A DNA stretch of 64,000 nt from a virus (lineage: Duplodnaviria > Caudoviricetes): the IMG/VR virus record IMGVR_UViG_3300021400_000063. One strand, written 5' to 3'. Below, one piece after another: positions 11,108-21,449 of this stretch. The stretch's first letter is position 1. Each line of letters begins with the position of its first letter. The position numbers and the translations under genes were made by a program. The notes under the pieces are model-generated. The model ran no database searches. It was not told the DNA's origin and worked only from the letters and a program-made list of their open reading frames with translations.

Positions 11108-11970
11108 AAATCGCCTCCCGAACTTTGTTGTTCTTCTGTTGAATTACTATCATCCAACTCAGGATTCAATTTCTTAAGAACTTTTATAGCTGCATCAGAT
11201 ACATGATCTATAGCATCACTAGTTTCTTTTTCATTAGACTCACCAAGATTTACTTCAATTTCAACTGGATTAGCTATATTAGCATTTACAACTTCATCAT
11301 TTGTATTTGTTGAAAAAGGTTGTAAAACTGATGGAGCACGATCTGCTAAAATGAGAATTATGAGAGTTGATATTACACCTGTATAAGATAAAGCTACTTC
11401 AAATTCTATCTTTTCAGATCCTATAATGATAGTATATATCGACGCCAAAATTGCGATTGCGCACCAGATTAAGAAAATAAATTTTATTCGAGTTCGTTTG
11501 ATAAGTGGTAATTCAATACACATTCCTTTAGGAACTTTAAGAGTCTTAAATGATGATATCAAACCTTCTGCACCAGCATACAAAGCTGTACAGAAAATAT
11601 TGCCCATTACTAAAATATCAAAAGGAATATTTCGATAATGCTCGATAAAATTTATAAAAAATATCGAATCTAGAACAGGTTTTAATTCATCTAGATTTAA
11701 TTTACCATATTCATTTAAACTTATAATCATAGCTGAAATAAATTCAATATTCATATCAACTATAATCATTCCGAATATAATTAAAACTCCACCTAAAGCA
11801 AATCTAGATAATCCATGAGTTTTTGTATTTACAGGTTTATCCACTTTTTTGAAAAATAAAAATGTGATAATTAAATACGCTATGAAAATAGGTATAGTTA
11901 ATAAAAAACATACAAAAATATCTATAAATGCTATATTTGTAATTTGAGATGTTACTATATTAATTTCCAT
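11104..11970 (-). CDS. Multi-pass membrane protein (possible holin-like)
   Basis: About 5 hydrophobic segments; overlaps the peptidase start. Confidence 0.65.
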   Translation of the reverse strand: MEINIVTSQITNIAFIDIFVCFLLTIPIFIAYLIITFLFFKKVDKPVNTKTHGLSRFALGGVLIIFGMIIVDMNIEFISAMIISLNEYGKLNLDELKPVLDSIFFINFIEHYRNIPFDILVMGNIFCTALYAGAEGLISSFKTLKVPKGMCIELPLIKRTRIKFIFLIWCAIAILASIYTIIIGSEKIEFEVALSYTGVISTLIILILADRAPSVLQPFSTNTNDEVVNANIANPVEIEVNLGESNEKETSDAIDHVSDAAIKVLKKLNPELDDSNSTEEQQSSGGDL

Positions 11971-13117
11971 AGTTCAAAACCTCTTTAAGATAAGAATAAG
12001 TTAATTCTTTCTTTATTGTAGCTTCATGAATAGGATTCATACTTCTAAACATATCTTTAACATGAATTTGTCCACCTGGTTCTTTTATAGATGTATATGA
12101 TTTGATATAAAAAGTTTGAATAAAAATATTTGTATACGCTAATAAAATAGCAAATAATAATTCAAACTCGGTTTCAGGTGTAACATTCTCTCTTATTAAA
12201 TATCGTAAGTTAATCGCATTTTCACAATATGAAACTATTGTTTTAGTAGTACTAACTGTTGTAGGATCGAATTCACCAATATCGAACATAGGATGAATAA
12301 TATTTAATGTATATTTCTTACGAAGTTCTTCATCAATAAATAAACTTAAAACTTTATTAGAAAAATAATCTGAAAGACTAAACATATCTGATAATTTTTT
12401 AACATTTTTAAGGTTATCTATAGTTTTTGTATATGATTTGAAAATTGGACTAATATCTCCGATTAAATCTTTTACAGAAAAATAAAGAGCTAAAATTGTA
12501 AATACACGATCGATACTATTATAAACAATGTGCATATTACGGAAATTAACATTATCTTTATCAGATACTGTAGCTTCAATTAATGTATGTAATGGATATT
12601 TTGAAAGAATTCTTATATTTTCAACACATAGATGCAATTCTTCCATTACATAATTATCTAATTTTTCAGCTAAAATAAGTTTCTTAGAATCTTCATCTTC
12701 ACCATCTTCAATAAGATCCAAAACGTTATAATCTTCACTTGTAAAAGGTTCGATCAATTTAAAGAATTTTGCTGTATTTGGGGTTAATAATGAGCTCATA
12801 AAATCATAATAACCTACAACATTTAGCTTAACAACCGAATCTACATCAGTATAAATGTCTTTTATACTTCTGTTTGTATCGTATAAAAATAATTTCTTAA
12901 ATTCCTCTTTGTATAAAGTATCAACCCTTTCTTTATACAGATCTTCAATTCGTTTAGAATTGTAATAGAAAAATCCTCGAGCAATCAACGAACGTGTTAG
13001 ATATTTTTTATAATCTTCCTCACCATATCTAACAGGATTAGAGTTTTTATACTCATTATAGTAGGCGGATGCTGAAGGCTTAACATTATTTCGTTCTAGA
13101 TATTCGTCTTCATACAT
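11960..13117 (-). CDS. Hypothetical protein
   Basis: 385-aa ORF, late-type promoter upstream. Confidence 0.7.
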   Translation of the reverse strand: MYEDEYLERNNVKPSASAYYNEYKNSNPVRYGEEDYKKYLTRSLIARGFFYYNSKRIEDLYKERVDTLYKEEFKKLFLYDTNRSIKDIYTDVDSVVKLNVVGYYDFMSSLLTPNTAKFFKLIEPFTSEDYNVLDLIEDGEDEDSKKLILAEKLDNYVMEELHLCVENIRILSKYPLHTLIEATVSDKDNVNFRNMHIVYNSIDRVFTILALYFSVKDLIGDISPIFKSYTKTIDNLKNVKKLSDMFSLSDYFSNKVLSLFIDEELRKKYTLNIIHPMFDIGEFDPTTVSTTKTIVSYCENAINLRYLIRENVTPETEFELLFAILLAYTNIFIQTFYIKSYTSIKEPGGQIHVKDMFRSMNPIHEATIKKELTYSYLKEVLNYGN

Positions 13118-13204
13118 AATATCACCTCTGGTAATAAAATATTATATAGAAATGTCGAGAAAGAATATGTGTAGTAGGAATAAACCTACTACACATACGA
13201 ATTT

Positions 13205-14020
13205 TTATTTAAAAGCTTTTAAATTAGCTTTAAGAATATTTGTATTTTTATTCTTAATCTTTTCAAGTTTTCTAGTTTGCAAAGTATTCTTAAATACATG
13301 AGTTAACGGATTATCCAATATCGATGCTTTTTGAATATATCGTTTATCATTATTTGAAGATGATTTGTTTTTCATTCTTTCTTTTTTATTAGCATCTCTA
13401 ACCATTTCCTGCATAGCTTTAATTTCTTTTAATTTTTCTGGCTGAGTTTCTATTAATCTTAAATAATAATTTTCATTATTTTTAGAAACTAAAGTTTGCA
13501 AAGTTTCTTTATTAAGATATCCATTATGATAAAGATGAAAGAATGCAACCCATGTTGTTTTTTCAACGGTCATAACTTCATATCTATTTCTAATCTCTGG
13601 TGGTCTAGTACAAGCAATATTTGATAAATATCTAGATGGTAAACATTTAGGAAATCCAAATCTATGTTTAATTACATAATCAAATGAGAACACAAATGAA
13701 GGAGAATTTGAATAAATATAGATATTATAAGGTTTCAGATCAGCTGAAGCTTTTGCCGATGACTTGCTACTGTTAGGTGGATCGAATTCTATAATAACAT
13801 CATAATCTATTTCTGTAGGATATTTATCATTACTTTCAGAAGGCACTTTAAAGAAAAACATGTATCTATCTGTATATTTATTGTATACACAAGCTACCTT
13901 TATTTTACTAGAATAATATTCATAGTAATGCTTTTTATAATTTTCCAAAATAGGTTTTAAATTAAAAACAGCATTACCTTTCATAGGATTTATAAAATCA
14001 TCAACGTTCAATATGTTCAT
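13205..14020 (-). CDS. Hypothetical protein
   Basis: 271-aa ORF, RBS, late-type promoter GACT-N6-TA. Confidence 0.7.
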   Translation of the reverse strand: MNILNVDDFINPMKGNAVFNLKPILENYKKHYYEYYSSKIKVACVYNKYTDRYMFFFKVPSESNDKYPTEIDYDVIIEFDPPNSSKSSAKASADLKPYNIYIYSNSPSFVFSFDYVIKHRFGFPKCLPSRYLSNIACTRPPEIRNRYEVMTVEKTTWVAFFHLYHNGYLNKETLQTLVSKNNENYYLRLIETQPEKLKEIKAMQEMVRDANKKERMKNKSSSNNDKRYIQKASILDNPLTHVFKNTLQTRKLEKIKNKNTNILKANLKAFK

Positions 14021-14107
14021 AAATATATCCTCTTTATATTATAAAGTCCATAATAAAAAGAAAAAAAAGAGAAGAAGATATAAAATCAATCTTCTTCTCT
14101 GTTACCA

Positions 14108-14392
14108 TTATTTATATGGTAAATCTGGAACTTCTTCATCATTTTGATTGATGTAATAATTATACAAATTATTACTAATGTTATTTACAGTTTCGATCCC
14201 TTTTTGCAAACTTGTTATAAAGTTAACATTTTTGGTTTTTGCCAATTCATTGTTACTGATATACATTTCTTTCAAATTGTTAACAAATTTGTCAAAAGTT
14301 TCAGGTTTATTTTGAGCCCATTGCAGTTCTTCATTTTCGAACTTAACATCGATGGAAGTTTTTCCATTAGTTTCAGACATTTGTATTTTCAT
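14108..14392 (-). CDS. Hypothetical early protein
   Basis: 94-aa ORF; promoter/leader shared with the gene at 45326. Confidence 0.7.
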   Translation of the reverse strand: MKIQMSETNGKTSIDVKFENEELQWAQNKPETFDKFVNNLKEMYISNNELAKTKNVNFITSLQKGIETVNNISNNLYNYYINQNDEEVPDLPYK

Positions 14393-14523
14393 ACAAAATT
14401 TCTCCTTAATAAAATTATAATATTAAGAACTCATACGAATTCTTTACATTATAATAATATATAAAAGAAAAAAAAGAGGAGCACATCCGTGTGCTCCTCT
14501 TTATTGTTTCAGAATTTTAACAA

Positions 14524-15828
14524 TTATTCTTCAACTACACGAAGATCTGTGAACATACACTGATCAATGATTTCAACATCATTATCAAACTGTGCCCACT
14601 TATTGTCTTCTCTAGGCGCACCAAGCATAGTGCACAAGATTTCAACATCACCTTCGTCCTGGAAAATTGTTTCAAACTTAGGCATTGTCATACCATAATT
14701 GAACTCTTCCTTCTTGATGGTTGTTTTTACACCATCTGTAATAAAGATCTTTCCGAAAGCTTTGTAGTCGCGTAGATTGATATCACAGATGTAACGAACC
14801 AGCTTAAAGTTGTTGTCTTCTTTCAACATTTCCCAGATGATACAAGCAAATCTTTTTCCAAAGTTGATATCATGATGACTGATCGGATCGAATTTTACAC
14901 CCTTTCCAAAAAGATTCATTTTACAAACATTGAGATTTGCTTTGTTTACGTATGAAATGTCCTTCTGTTTGAAGTCCATTGTTTCGTTTGCATACAGACC
15001 TGCAGAAAGTGTTTCTCTTGCAGATTTATTTGCATTTTTAGACTTGCTGTATGTGAGAGACTGGAATCCCTTAAAGCATACATAGCCTTCGCCCTGTTTT
15101 GAACTGTCAACGATAAGATCTGCATAGTTTCCAATTCTTACAAGGAATTCTACAGAATCGTCAGTGATAGTTTTGTTTAACAAAGCAGTTGTGTTCCGCA
15201 TTTCCTTAACAACTTCATTGATGTTAGCATGGAATGGAACATGAACGCTGATTACATTGTAGAATTTTTCAGTTTCAACATACGATGGTGTTTTAACTTC
15301 TCTTACAACGATATCAGGATCATTGAGTTTGTTCAAAGCAGCTTTCACATATGAAATACATTTGTTTTGTTCATTGATGAAATCTACTTCAGTGTTCTTC
15401 ATTACAAATCCGAAACGGAATTTTTTCATGAGAACAGTTGATACGAATCCGTTAGGATCAAGTCCCAACTGGAAACCTTCTTTTCTAAATCTGTAGAAAT
15501 GAGCTTTAAGATTCTCATTTCCTTCTTCTGGAACTTCAGCAGTTTTAGCATCATCCATGATGTTAAGTTCTTCTGAAGCGTCAGCAGCTGCATCCTCATC
15601 AGCTTCTACAGATTCCTCTTCTTTTGCCTCGACAACCTTACCCCCGTTGTCTTCAGAAGTTGTTTCTTCAGCAACAGTTTCTGTTGATTTCTTAGAAGAC
15701 TTTTTAGTCTTCTTAGGTTTTTCTTCAACAGTCTCTGCGACTTCCTGTGTAACTTCTGTTGATGCTTCTACTGCAACATCTGCAGCCTGTTCAACAACTT
15801 CATTTTCAGTTGTTTCATCATTTGCCAT
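14524..15828 (-). CDS. Hypothetical protein with acidic disordered N-terminus
   Basis: 434-aa ORF, strong RBS, terminator downstream. Confidence 0.75.
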   Translation of the reverse strand: MANDETTENEVVEQAADVAVEASTEVTQEVAETVEEKPKKTKKSSKKSTETVAEETTSEDNGGKVVEAKEEESVEADEDAAADASEELNIMDDAKTAEVPEEGNENLKAHFYRFRKEGFQLGLDPNGFVSTVLMKKFRFGFVMKNTEVDFINEQNKCISYVKAALNKLNDPDIVVREVKTPSYVETEKFYNVISVHVPFHANINEVVKEMRNTTALLNKTITDDSVEFLVRIGNYADLIVDSSKQGEGYVCFKGFQSLTYSKSKNANKSARETLSAGLYANETMDFKQKDISYVNKANLNVCKMNLFGKGVKFDPISHHDINFGKRFACIIWEMLKEDNNFKLVRYICDINLRDYKAFGKIFITDGVKTTIKKEEFNYGMTMPKFETIFQDEGDVEILCTMLGAPREDNKWAQFDNDVEIIDQCMFTDLRVVEE

Positions 15829-15925
15829 AGGTGGCCTCCTTAAATTGTGCTTGAGTTTATCAATCTAATATAAACATTAAATTGTTTTACTCATTATAAT
15901 AATATATTAAAGAAAAATAAATAAA

Positions 15926-16008
15926 AAAGAATGACTGGATTCGAACCAGTGACCTTTCCAAGGCCCTTTCGGGCCATAGGAACGCTCTACCAACTGAGCT
16001 ACATTCTC
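15926..16008 (-). ncRNA. tRNA-like RNA with anticodon loop replaced by a GAAA-capped helix (copy A)
   Basis: Acceptor GAGAATG/CATTCTT, D arm GCTC-AGTTGGTA-GAGC, T arm ACTGG-TTCGAAT-CCAGT; central arm TTCCTA-T-GGCCC-GAAA-GGGCC-TTGGAA. Confidence 0.85.
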
Positions 16009-16061
16009 AGAAATAAAATATATAAATAAAATTCCTGGCTATATTAGCCAGGAATCTTTTA

Positions 16062-17339
16062 TTATTTCAAATCATCAGGATCGAAAACACCTTCAAGAGA
16101 TTTATATTCATCTTTAGAGTACAAATCGTAATCTGTGATTCCTAAAGCTTCTTCAGAAGTTTCTTTAACTTCCAATTCATCTTTATTATCACCAGTTAAT
16201 ACACCGCCTGCAGAAGCTTCTTCATTGTGTTCTGTTTCAGCTTCAGTAGGTTTAGCATCTTTAACTTCAGAATCTTTTCCAGCATCTTCTTCAGTTGTAG
16301 TTTCATCTTCTACAAGACACTGCATACAAACACCATCTTCACCAGTTTCTTCTAATGAATAAGCAGGATCATCATACCAAGCTTCTGTAGAATTTGTATC
16401 TGTTTCAGTAGGTTTAACTTCAAGGTCATCTTTATTATCAGGAGTTACAACTCCACCAGATGAAGCTTCTTCATTATGAGCAGAATCATCCTGAGGAATA
16501 TTAATATCTGTAACTTCGGAATCTTTTCCAGCATCTTCTTCAACTGTAGTTTCATCTTCAACCAAATCAGTCATAGATACTTCATCAGTTTCATTAGAAA
16601 CTTCTAAATCTTCTGAAGATTTAATAGACGGATCAATGACACCATTACAGAAACGTTTAGCAGATATCTGTCCATTTTCATTTTTAAAAAGAGCCCAAGA
16701 ACCAAATATTCTCAAATCCTTAGATTCATTTTTATTTTTAAGTTGTTTACCAATTGCATAATATGCAACAGATGATAATTTTAAAGCTAACTGTGCTGAT
16801 AAGAATCCTGCTGTTAAACCACCAATTTTAGCAGTACCAAATCCAGCTGTCAAACTACCTGTTTTTCTATATACAGCGTTAGCAGCTCTTCCTGCAACAG
16901 AACCGCCCAATTTACACAATGCTGGGAAAGATACACCAAATACAATTAAGAAAACAACGCATAAAGCAACATATTGTTGTTGTGTAACAACTGTGTCTAT
17001 AGAAATAATATTGACACCGTTAACTTTTCTAACTTTAATATATTTCAAACATTCCTTAATAACAGAATCTTCAACTTTCATAACACCACGCTGTGCTAAT
17101 AACATTTGAAGTATATTTGTAGGAAGTTTTTTAGTGTCAACTGTAAAATTTAAACTTAACTGTTTTTTAGCAGCATACTGTTTTACTTTATCTATCGCTT
17201 TCAAAACTAATGGATTTTTCCATATTTCTTCTTCGCTAGCAACTCTAAATGATCTAATTGATGGTAAACCAAAACCTTCTTGAGAAAGTTCATGATATGT
17301 CAACCCAACAAATGTGTTTTCATTTATATTTCCAGACAT
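16062..17339 (-). CDS. Probable virion (inner head) protein with acidic C-terminal ~55-aa duplication
   Basis: LVEDETTxEEDAGKDSEV...HNEEASxGGVxTxDNKDxLEVK occurs twice; many S-x-E motifs resembling phiKZ-type head protease sites. Confidence 0.65.
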   Translation of the reverse strand: MSGNINENTFVGLTYHELSQEGFGLPSIRSFRVASEEEIWKNPLVLKAIDKVKQYAAKKQLSLNFTVDTKKLPTNILQMLLAQRGVMKVEDSVIKECLKYIKVRKVNGVNIISIDTVVTQQQYVALCVVFLIVFGVSFPALCKLGGSVAGRAANAVYRKTGSLTAGFGTAKIGGLTAGFLSAQLALKLSSVAYYAIGKQLKNKNESKDLRIFGSWALFKNENGQISAKRFCNGVIDPSIKSSEDLEVSNETDEVSMTDLVEDETTVEEDAGKDSEVTDINIPQDDSAHNEEASSGGVVTPDNKDDLEVKPTETDTNSTEAWYDDPAYSLEETGEDGVCMQCLVEDETTTEEDAGKDSEVKDAKPTEAETEHNEEASAGGVLTGDNKDELEVKETSEEALGITDYDLYSKDEYKSLEGVFDPDDLK

Positions 17340-17353
17340 AAAAATTCTCCTTA

Positions 17354-18580
17354 TTATTTAAGAGTCATTATATACATAATCAAGTATAAATAAATAGCTT
17401 GTTTAAAACTTCCGATTGTACCACGATTAGCAGCCATAGTATATTCAGGATTATACTTAAGAATTAATTCACCAAGAGTCTTTTTAAGATCTATAATGAA
17501 AATATCGTAAGTATTTGATACCGAATAAGCTTTTGAGCATTTAGCAGCAAATTCTTTAGAATGTATACTATCAACGCTCTTTTTCATAGAAATTAACCAA
17601 TATGAAACTATATCAGTCATAATTCTAAGAAGCATTTCACTATCACCAGATTCTCGTATATTTTTAAGTACAATTTTAGTTTTAGTACAAGAAACTTTAT
17701 TTGAATGTTTACAAGCACTTTGAATTAATTGTTCACGGATAACTGTATCTTGAACAAATGTATTCATAAGTTTCTTACTTGTAATATCTACAGCATTTGA
17801 TACTGAATCAGAAATAACATAAAATTCATCTCCTTCTTCATTATGCGCTGTTAAATTTTCCGTTTTAATACCAAGTTTATGATCGTGAGAATATAAACAA
17901 AGTACAAAGAAATTTTTCATTTGAGATTTAAATTTATTAAAAATATCATTTACCCATTCATAAGTATCATTATCTTCTGCTTTTTCTCGTTTAGCCATTT
18001 GAGCAAAACGTGGAGCTTCTTCAATCGTGAATGCTTTATTCTTAATAATTTCGTAGATATTTTTAAATTTAATAATATCGGACTTATTACTAAGATGCGC
18101 AATAGCATATTCTGCATCTTGTTCAGGGAAAGGATGTGCAAAAATATATTTCTGAGACCAAGAATATAATCTCATACCAAAATACAACTGTATAATATGT
18201 TTAGGACTTCTATCAGAATTAATATCAGGATCAAGTTTATACAATTTTACGAGCTCATTATGTTTAACTGTATAAAATTTTGAAAGGATATACAATAGTT
18301 GATAAAGAGGTGTTGTTCCTTTTGCGTTAGGTTTTATAGTATCTGACTCAGAAATTAATTTGATTAAGATACTTTTATCTACACCAGCAGCATCCATAAA
18401 CGCATTTTCATCAACAGCTGTAAAAATTAGTTTGTTACTCATGTATTTAGTTTGTAATACATCAGCTCTAGCATTAATATATTTATTCACACATCGCACA
18501 ATTGCGGGGAAGTTTTTAATAAAATCATTCCCATAAGTAGCAATTACATTATCATAGATATAAGTTTTAGGTGTAGCCAT
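17354..18580 (-). CDS. Hypothetical protein
   Basis: 408-aa ORF; AACA-N6-TA motif abuts the ATG (possibly leaderless). Confidence 0.7.
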   Translation of the reverse strand: MATPKTYIYDNVIATYGNDFIKNFPAIVRCVNKYINARADVLQTKYMSNKLIFTAVDENAFMDAAGVDKSILIKLISESDTIKPNAKGTTPLYQLLYILSKFYTVKHNELVKLYKLDPDINSDRSPKHIIQLYFGMRLYSWSQKYIFAHPFPEQDAEYAIAHLSNKSDIIKFKNIYEIIKNKAFTIEEAPRFAQMAKREKAEDNDTYEWVNDIFNKFKSQMKNFFVLCLYSHDHKLGIKTENLTAHNEEGDEFYVISDSVSNAVDITSKKLMNTFVQDTVIREQLIQSACKHSNKVSCTKTKIVLKNIRESGDSEMLLRIMTDIVSYWLISMKKSVDSIHSKEFAAKCSKAYSVSNTYDIFIIDLKKTLGELILKYNPEYTMAANRGTIGSFKQAIYLYLIMYIMTLK

Positions 18581-18645
18581 ATATTAAAATGTTTCAAAAA
18601 AGAAAAAAAAATAAGAAAGAGAATTCATCTCTTTCTTAGTAAACA

Positions 18646-18957
18646 CTATTGAAACAATTCAAAACGAATATAATAATGTTTAAACATAGGCTCATTAACA
18701 TATATTAATTCTACTTCACAATCATATTGTATACAACATAAAGTTTCTACAACACATATAGTATCGGAAGCATTATTTTCATCGAATTTATTCAACGCTT
18801 GATTTAATACTATTTTTATTGAGCCTATGAAAGATTCTTCTGAAACTTTCGGATGATTGCCCGCATTTTGTATACATTTCACAATAGCTTCAGTTAAACC
18901 ACCACATATAGCAGCTTCTTTATTAGGAGCTACACCAGCGTAATACACATTTCCCAT
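18646..18957 (-). CDS. Hypothetical protein
   Basis: 103-aa ORF, GAGGAGG RBS, early promoter. Confidence 0.7.
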   Translation of the reverse strand: MGNVYYAGVAPNKEAAICGGLTEAIVKCIQNAGNHPKVSEESFIGSIKIVLNQALNKFDENNASDTICVVETLCCIQYDCEVELIYVNEPMFKHYYIRFELFQ

Positions 18958-19054
18958 ATTAACTTACCTCCTCATATAACATGGCTATTAATATAATATA
19001 TAAAAATAAACCTGGGTATTTCACCAGGTTTATTTTAATCGTTACATCCATGAA

Positions 19055-19555
19055 TTATAATTTGGATTCTCGAAGTTTTGATGTTATTGATTTTGTTTTA
19101 ATAGCATCAACAATATCAACATGTGGCGAAACAGAAACTGCACAAGGGTTACAATCTTCATCATATTTTACAACATAACAATTACTTTTAGTTTCAATAA
19201 AATCGTTATCTAACAATAATGATGCAACTAATTGTTTTTCTGAATCAAATATCAATTCCAATTCTTCTGGAGAATATTTACCATTGAATTTTTCACTTAA
19301 TCGTTTATAAAACTCTGTAATATGAATCATAGGTTGTTCAAATACAGTTTCAAAATACGATATCAATGATTTAATTGAATATCTTTCAGGATCGGATGCT
19401 GTATTTAAAATATTACGAATGAGTTCATGTATTTTATCATTATCAAGTCCACTCAATTGTGTTCTAATAGTTTCTTTATCAACTCTCATTGTAAATGCTA
19501 CATAGTCGACAATCGCATTATACAACATTTCATCTTCTAAAAATGTACATTTCAT
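19055..19555 (-). CDS. Hypothetical protein
   Basis: 166-aa ORF with RBS. Confidence 0.7.
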   Translation of the reverse strand: MKCTFLEDEMLYNAIVDYVAFTMRVDKETIRTQLSGLDNDKIHELIRNILNTASDPERYSIKSLISYFETVFEQPMIHITEFYKRLSEKFNGKYSPEELELIFDSEKQLVASLLLDNDFIETKSNCYVVKYDEDCNPCAVSVSPHVDIVDAIKTKSITSKLRESKL

Positions 19556-19558
19556 AAG

Positions 19559-20089
19559 TTATCTTTCTCCTCTATCAGATTTATATGAACCAAGTTGAAT
19601 ATAATAAGCTCGGCTTTCAATTTGAAGATTTTTATTTAAAATTGAAAGTTCGAAACCCTTATCAACTCGACCATTTTTAAATTTAATTAAACCTTCTTTC
19701 CAGATGTATAATATATTTCTATACACCATTCCAAACATAATAATATCTTCACCATCGAAATTAAATTTTCTTTTTGAGAAAATACTTTTCTTTGATTCTG
19801 TCGACATTATACACATAGATTCAGGAATTGAAGGTTTACATGTGTTTTCAAAATTAATTACATCATATGATTGACCGAAATCAGAAGTCATAAAATATGA
19901 TTCAAACATATAACTATTAAATCCTGATTTTGGTACAACGAAACCAACATCCATAACTTTTAAAAGTTTTGCATTTGGTAAAACATTAACAACATTTTTA
20001 TTTTTATTATCAGGATCATATAAAGGTCCTTCTAATAATGGTAAATTACAATTTTTTAATCGTAATTCGTTCGCTTCATTTCTAGTCAT
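19559..20089 (-). CDS. Hypothetical protein
   Basis: 176-aa ORF with RBS and early promoter. Confidence 0.7.
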   Translation of the reverse strand: MTRNEANELRLKNCNLPLLEGPLYDPDNKNKNVVNVLPNAKLLKVMDVGFVVPKSGFNSYMFESYFMTSDFGQSYDVINFENTCKPSIPESMCIMSTESKKSIFSKRKFNFDGEDIIMFGMVYRNILYIWKEGLIKFKNGRVDKGFELSILNKNLQIESRAYYIQLGSYKSDRGER

Positions 20090-20214
20090 ATTTACTTACC
20101 TCCTCAAATATAACATATTCATAAATATAATATATAAGATAAAAAATAAAAGAGCTGTGGGAAAACTCCCACAGCTCTAATAAGATTTCACCTCTGCGAA
20201 TAACATTCGCATAG

Positions 20215-20287
20215 CTGGGTCGACAGGATTCGAACCTGTGGAATGTTGGCACCAAAAGCCAATGACTTACCGCTTGTCGACGACCCA
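20215..20287 (-). tRNA. tRNA-Gln(TTG)
   Basis: Cloverleaf; acceptor TGGGTCG/CGACCCA; anticodon arm TTGGC-TTTTGGT-GCCAA. Confidence 0.92.
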
Positions 20288-20289
20288 AT

Positions 20290-21075
20290 GGTGGAAGATC
20301 ATAACGCTATCTTCCTGTTATCAAAACACTTCAATACATCAACGAGAGGTCGAATTGTTTCGATAATCGAATCTAAAAAGGACTATTCTAACTCGATAAC
20401 TAGTATTCAGATTATATACAATCATTAAAGATATAGCTAGGCCCATATAACGGGTTTTACCATTATAAAAACTCATAAATTTAGGCTATGAAAGTAAATT
20501 ACCGCATTGATACCTCCACTATATGAGAGAGTACCCATTTGCCTCTACGATACAAATTTTACCTAAGTTTACCACCCAATCCATATCCACTTTACGAAAA
20601 CAAGAGCTAACATCTAGTACGACTAGAAGAGATTGTTATTCGATTAGAGTTTCCATTTCACGAGCGTTGAGGAACTTACTACTTTCATTATAAAAACATT
20701 CCGATCCTCGCAACCGAAATTACGACAGAATGGATTTATGTTCAAAAGGATGACGGTTTATCCATAACTCATAAAAACTCCAATCCAACTCGTTTATGTG
20801 CACGATTAGAGATTTAAAAGTCCGTCAAGGTCTGGACTTAATACCGATACGAATATTTGTCTAAGCTTCGACAAACATTGTAGTTTAAATGAAACAAATA
20901 CACCATCTATATTCATTTCATCTTAGCCAAGTATATCAAGATTCATCTTTTATAGATAAACCATTGAGATCAAAAACATGGAGCCCGTCAAAAATAAAAA
21001 TTAGTTTATTGCCTCCAAGGGTGTGACTACCCCTGCTTTTCAATAACGAAACTCCACTACCAGTAACACTGGTTT
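20290..21075 (-). ncRNA. Candidate large structured ncRNA inside the tRNA cluster
   Basis: ~790 nt with no credible ORF, less AT-rich than neighbouring spacers, many short hairpins, bracketed by tRNA-fold genes on the same strand. Confidence 0.55.
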
Positions 21076-21077
21076 AA

Positions 21078-21158
21078 TGGACTATATGAGACTCGAACTC
21101 ATGACACTTCCAAGCCCTTTCGGACCACAGAATACTCTACCAACTGAGCTAATAATCC
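21078..21158 (-). ncRNA. tRNA-like RNA with anticodon loop replaced by a GAAA-capped helix (copy B)
   Basis: Acceptor GGATTAT/ATAGTCC-A, canonical D and T arms; central arm TTCTG-T-GGTCC-GAAA-GGGCT-TGGAA. Confidence 0.85.
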
Positions 21159-21279
21159 ACCTACAATCTTTTCGGTACTACTTACTCACATATAGATTTA
21201 AAATATAACTACTAAGACTGACAGCCATTTCATTATACTAATAGGATTGTAGAGATAAACATATATGCTTTCATTTATC

Positions 21280-21352
21280 TGGGCCATCTAGGATTTGAAC
21301 CTAGGACAGACGGATTATGAGTCCGCTTCTCTAACCACTGAGATAATGGCTC
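21280..21352 (-). tRNA. tRNA with CAT anticodon (Ile2 or elongator Met)
   Basis: Cloverleaf; anticodon arm GCGGA-CTCATAA-TCCGT; one acceptor mismatch; lacks initiator GGG/CCC anticodon stem. Confidence 0.88.
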
Positions 21353-21449
21353 AAAAAAATAAGGTAAAATATCTACAGTTTAAACAACTTACACTTTACC
21401 TTATTCAATGTATTTAAATACATTATATTATTTCGATAGTTTTAAAAAA

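Noticed and set aside
15926-16008. Intron-containing canonical tRNA
   Set aside because: No excision yields a consistent U33-anticodon-purine37 loop in both copies, and the insert is far too short for a self-splicing intron
20082-20428. ORFs 20082-20288 and 20243-20428
   Set aside because: They overlap tRNA-Gln and have no RBS
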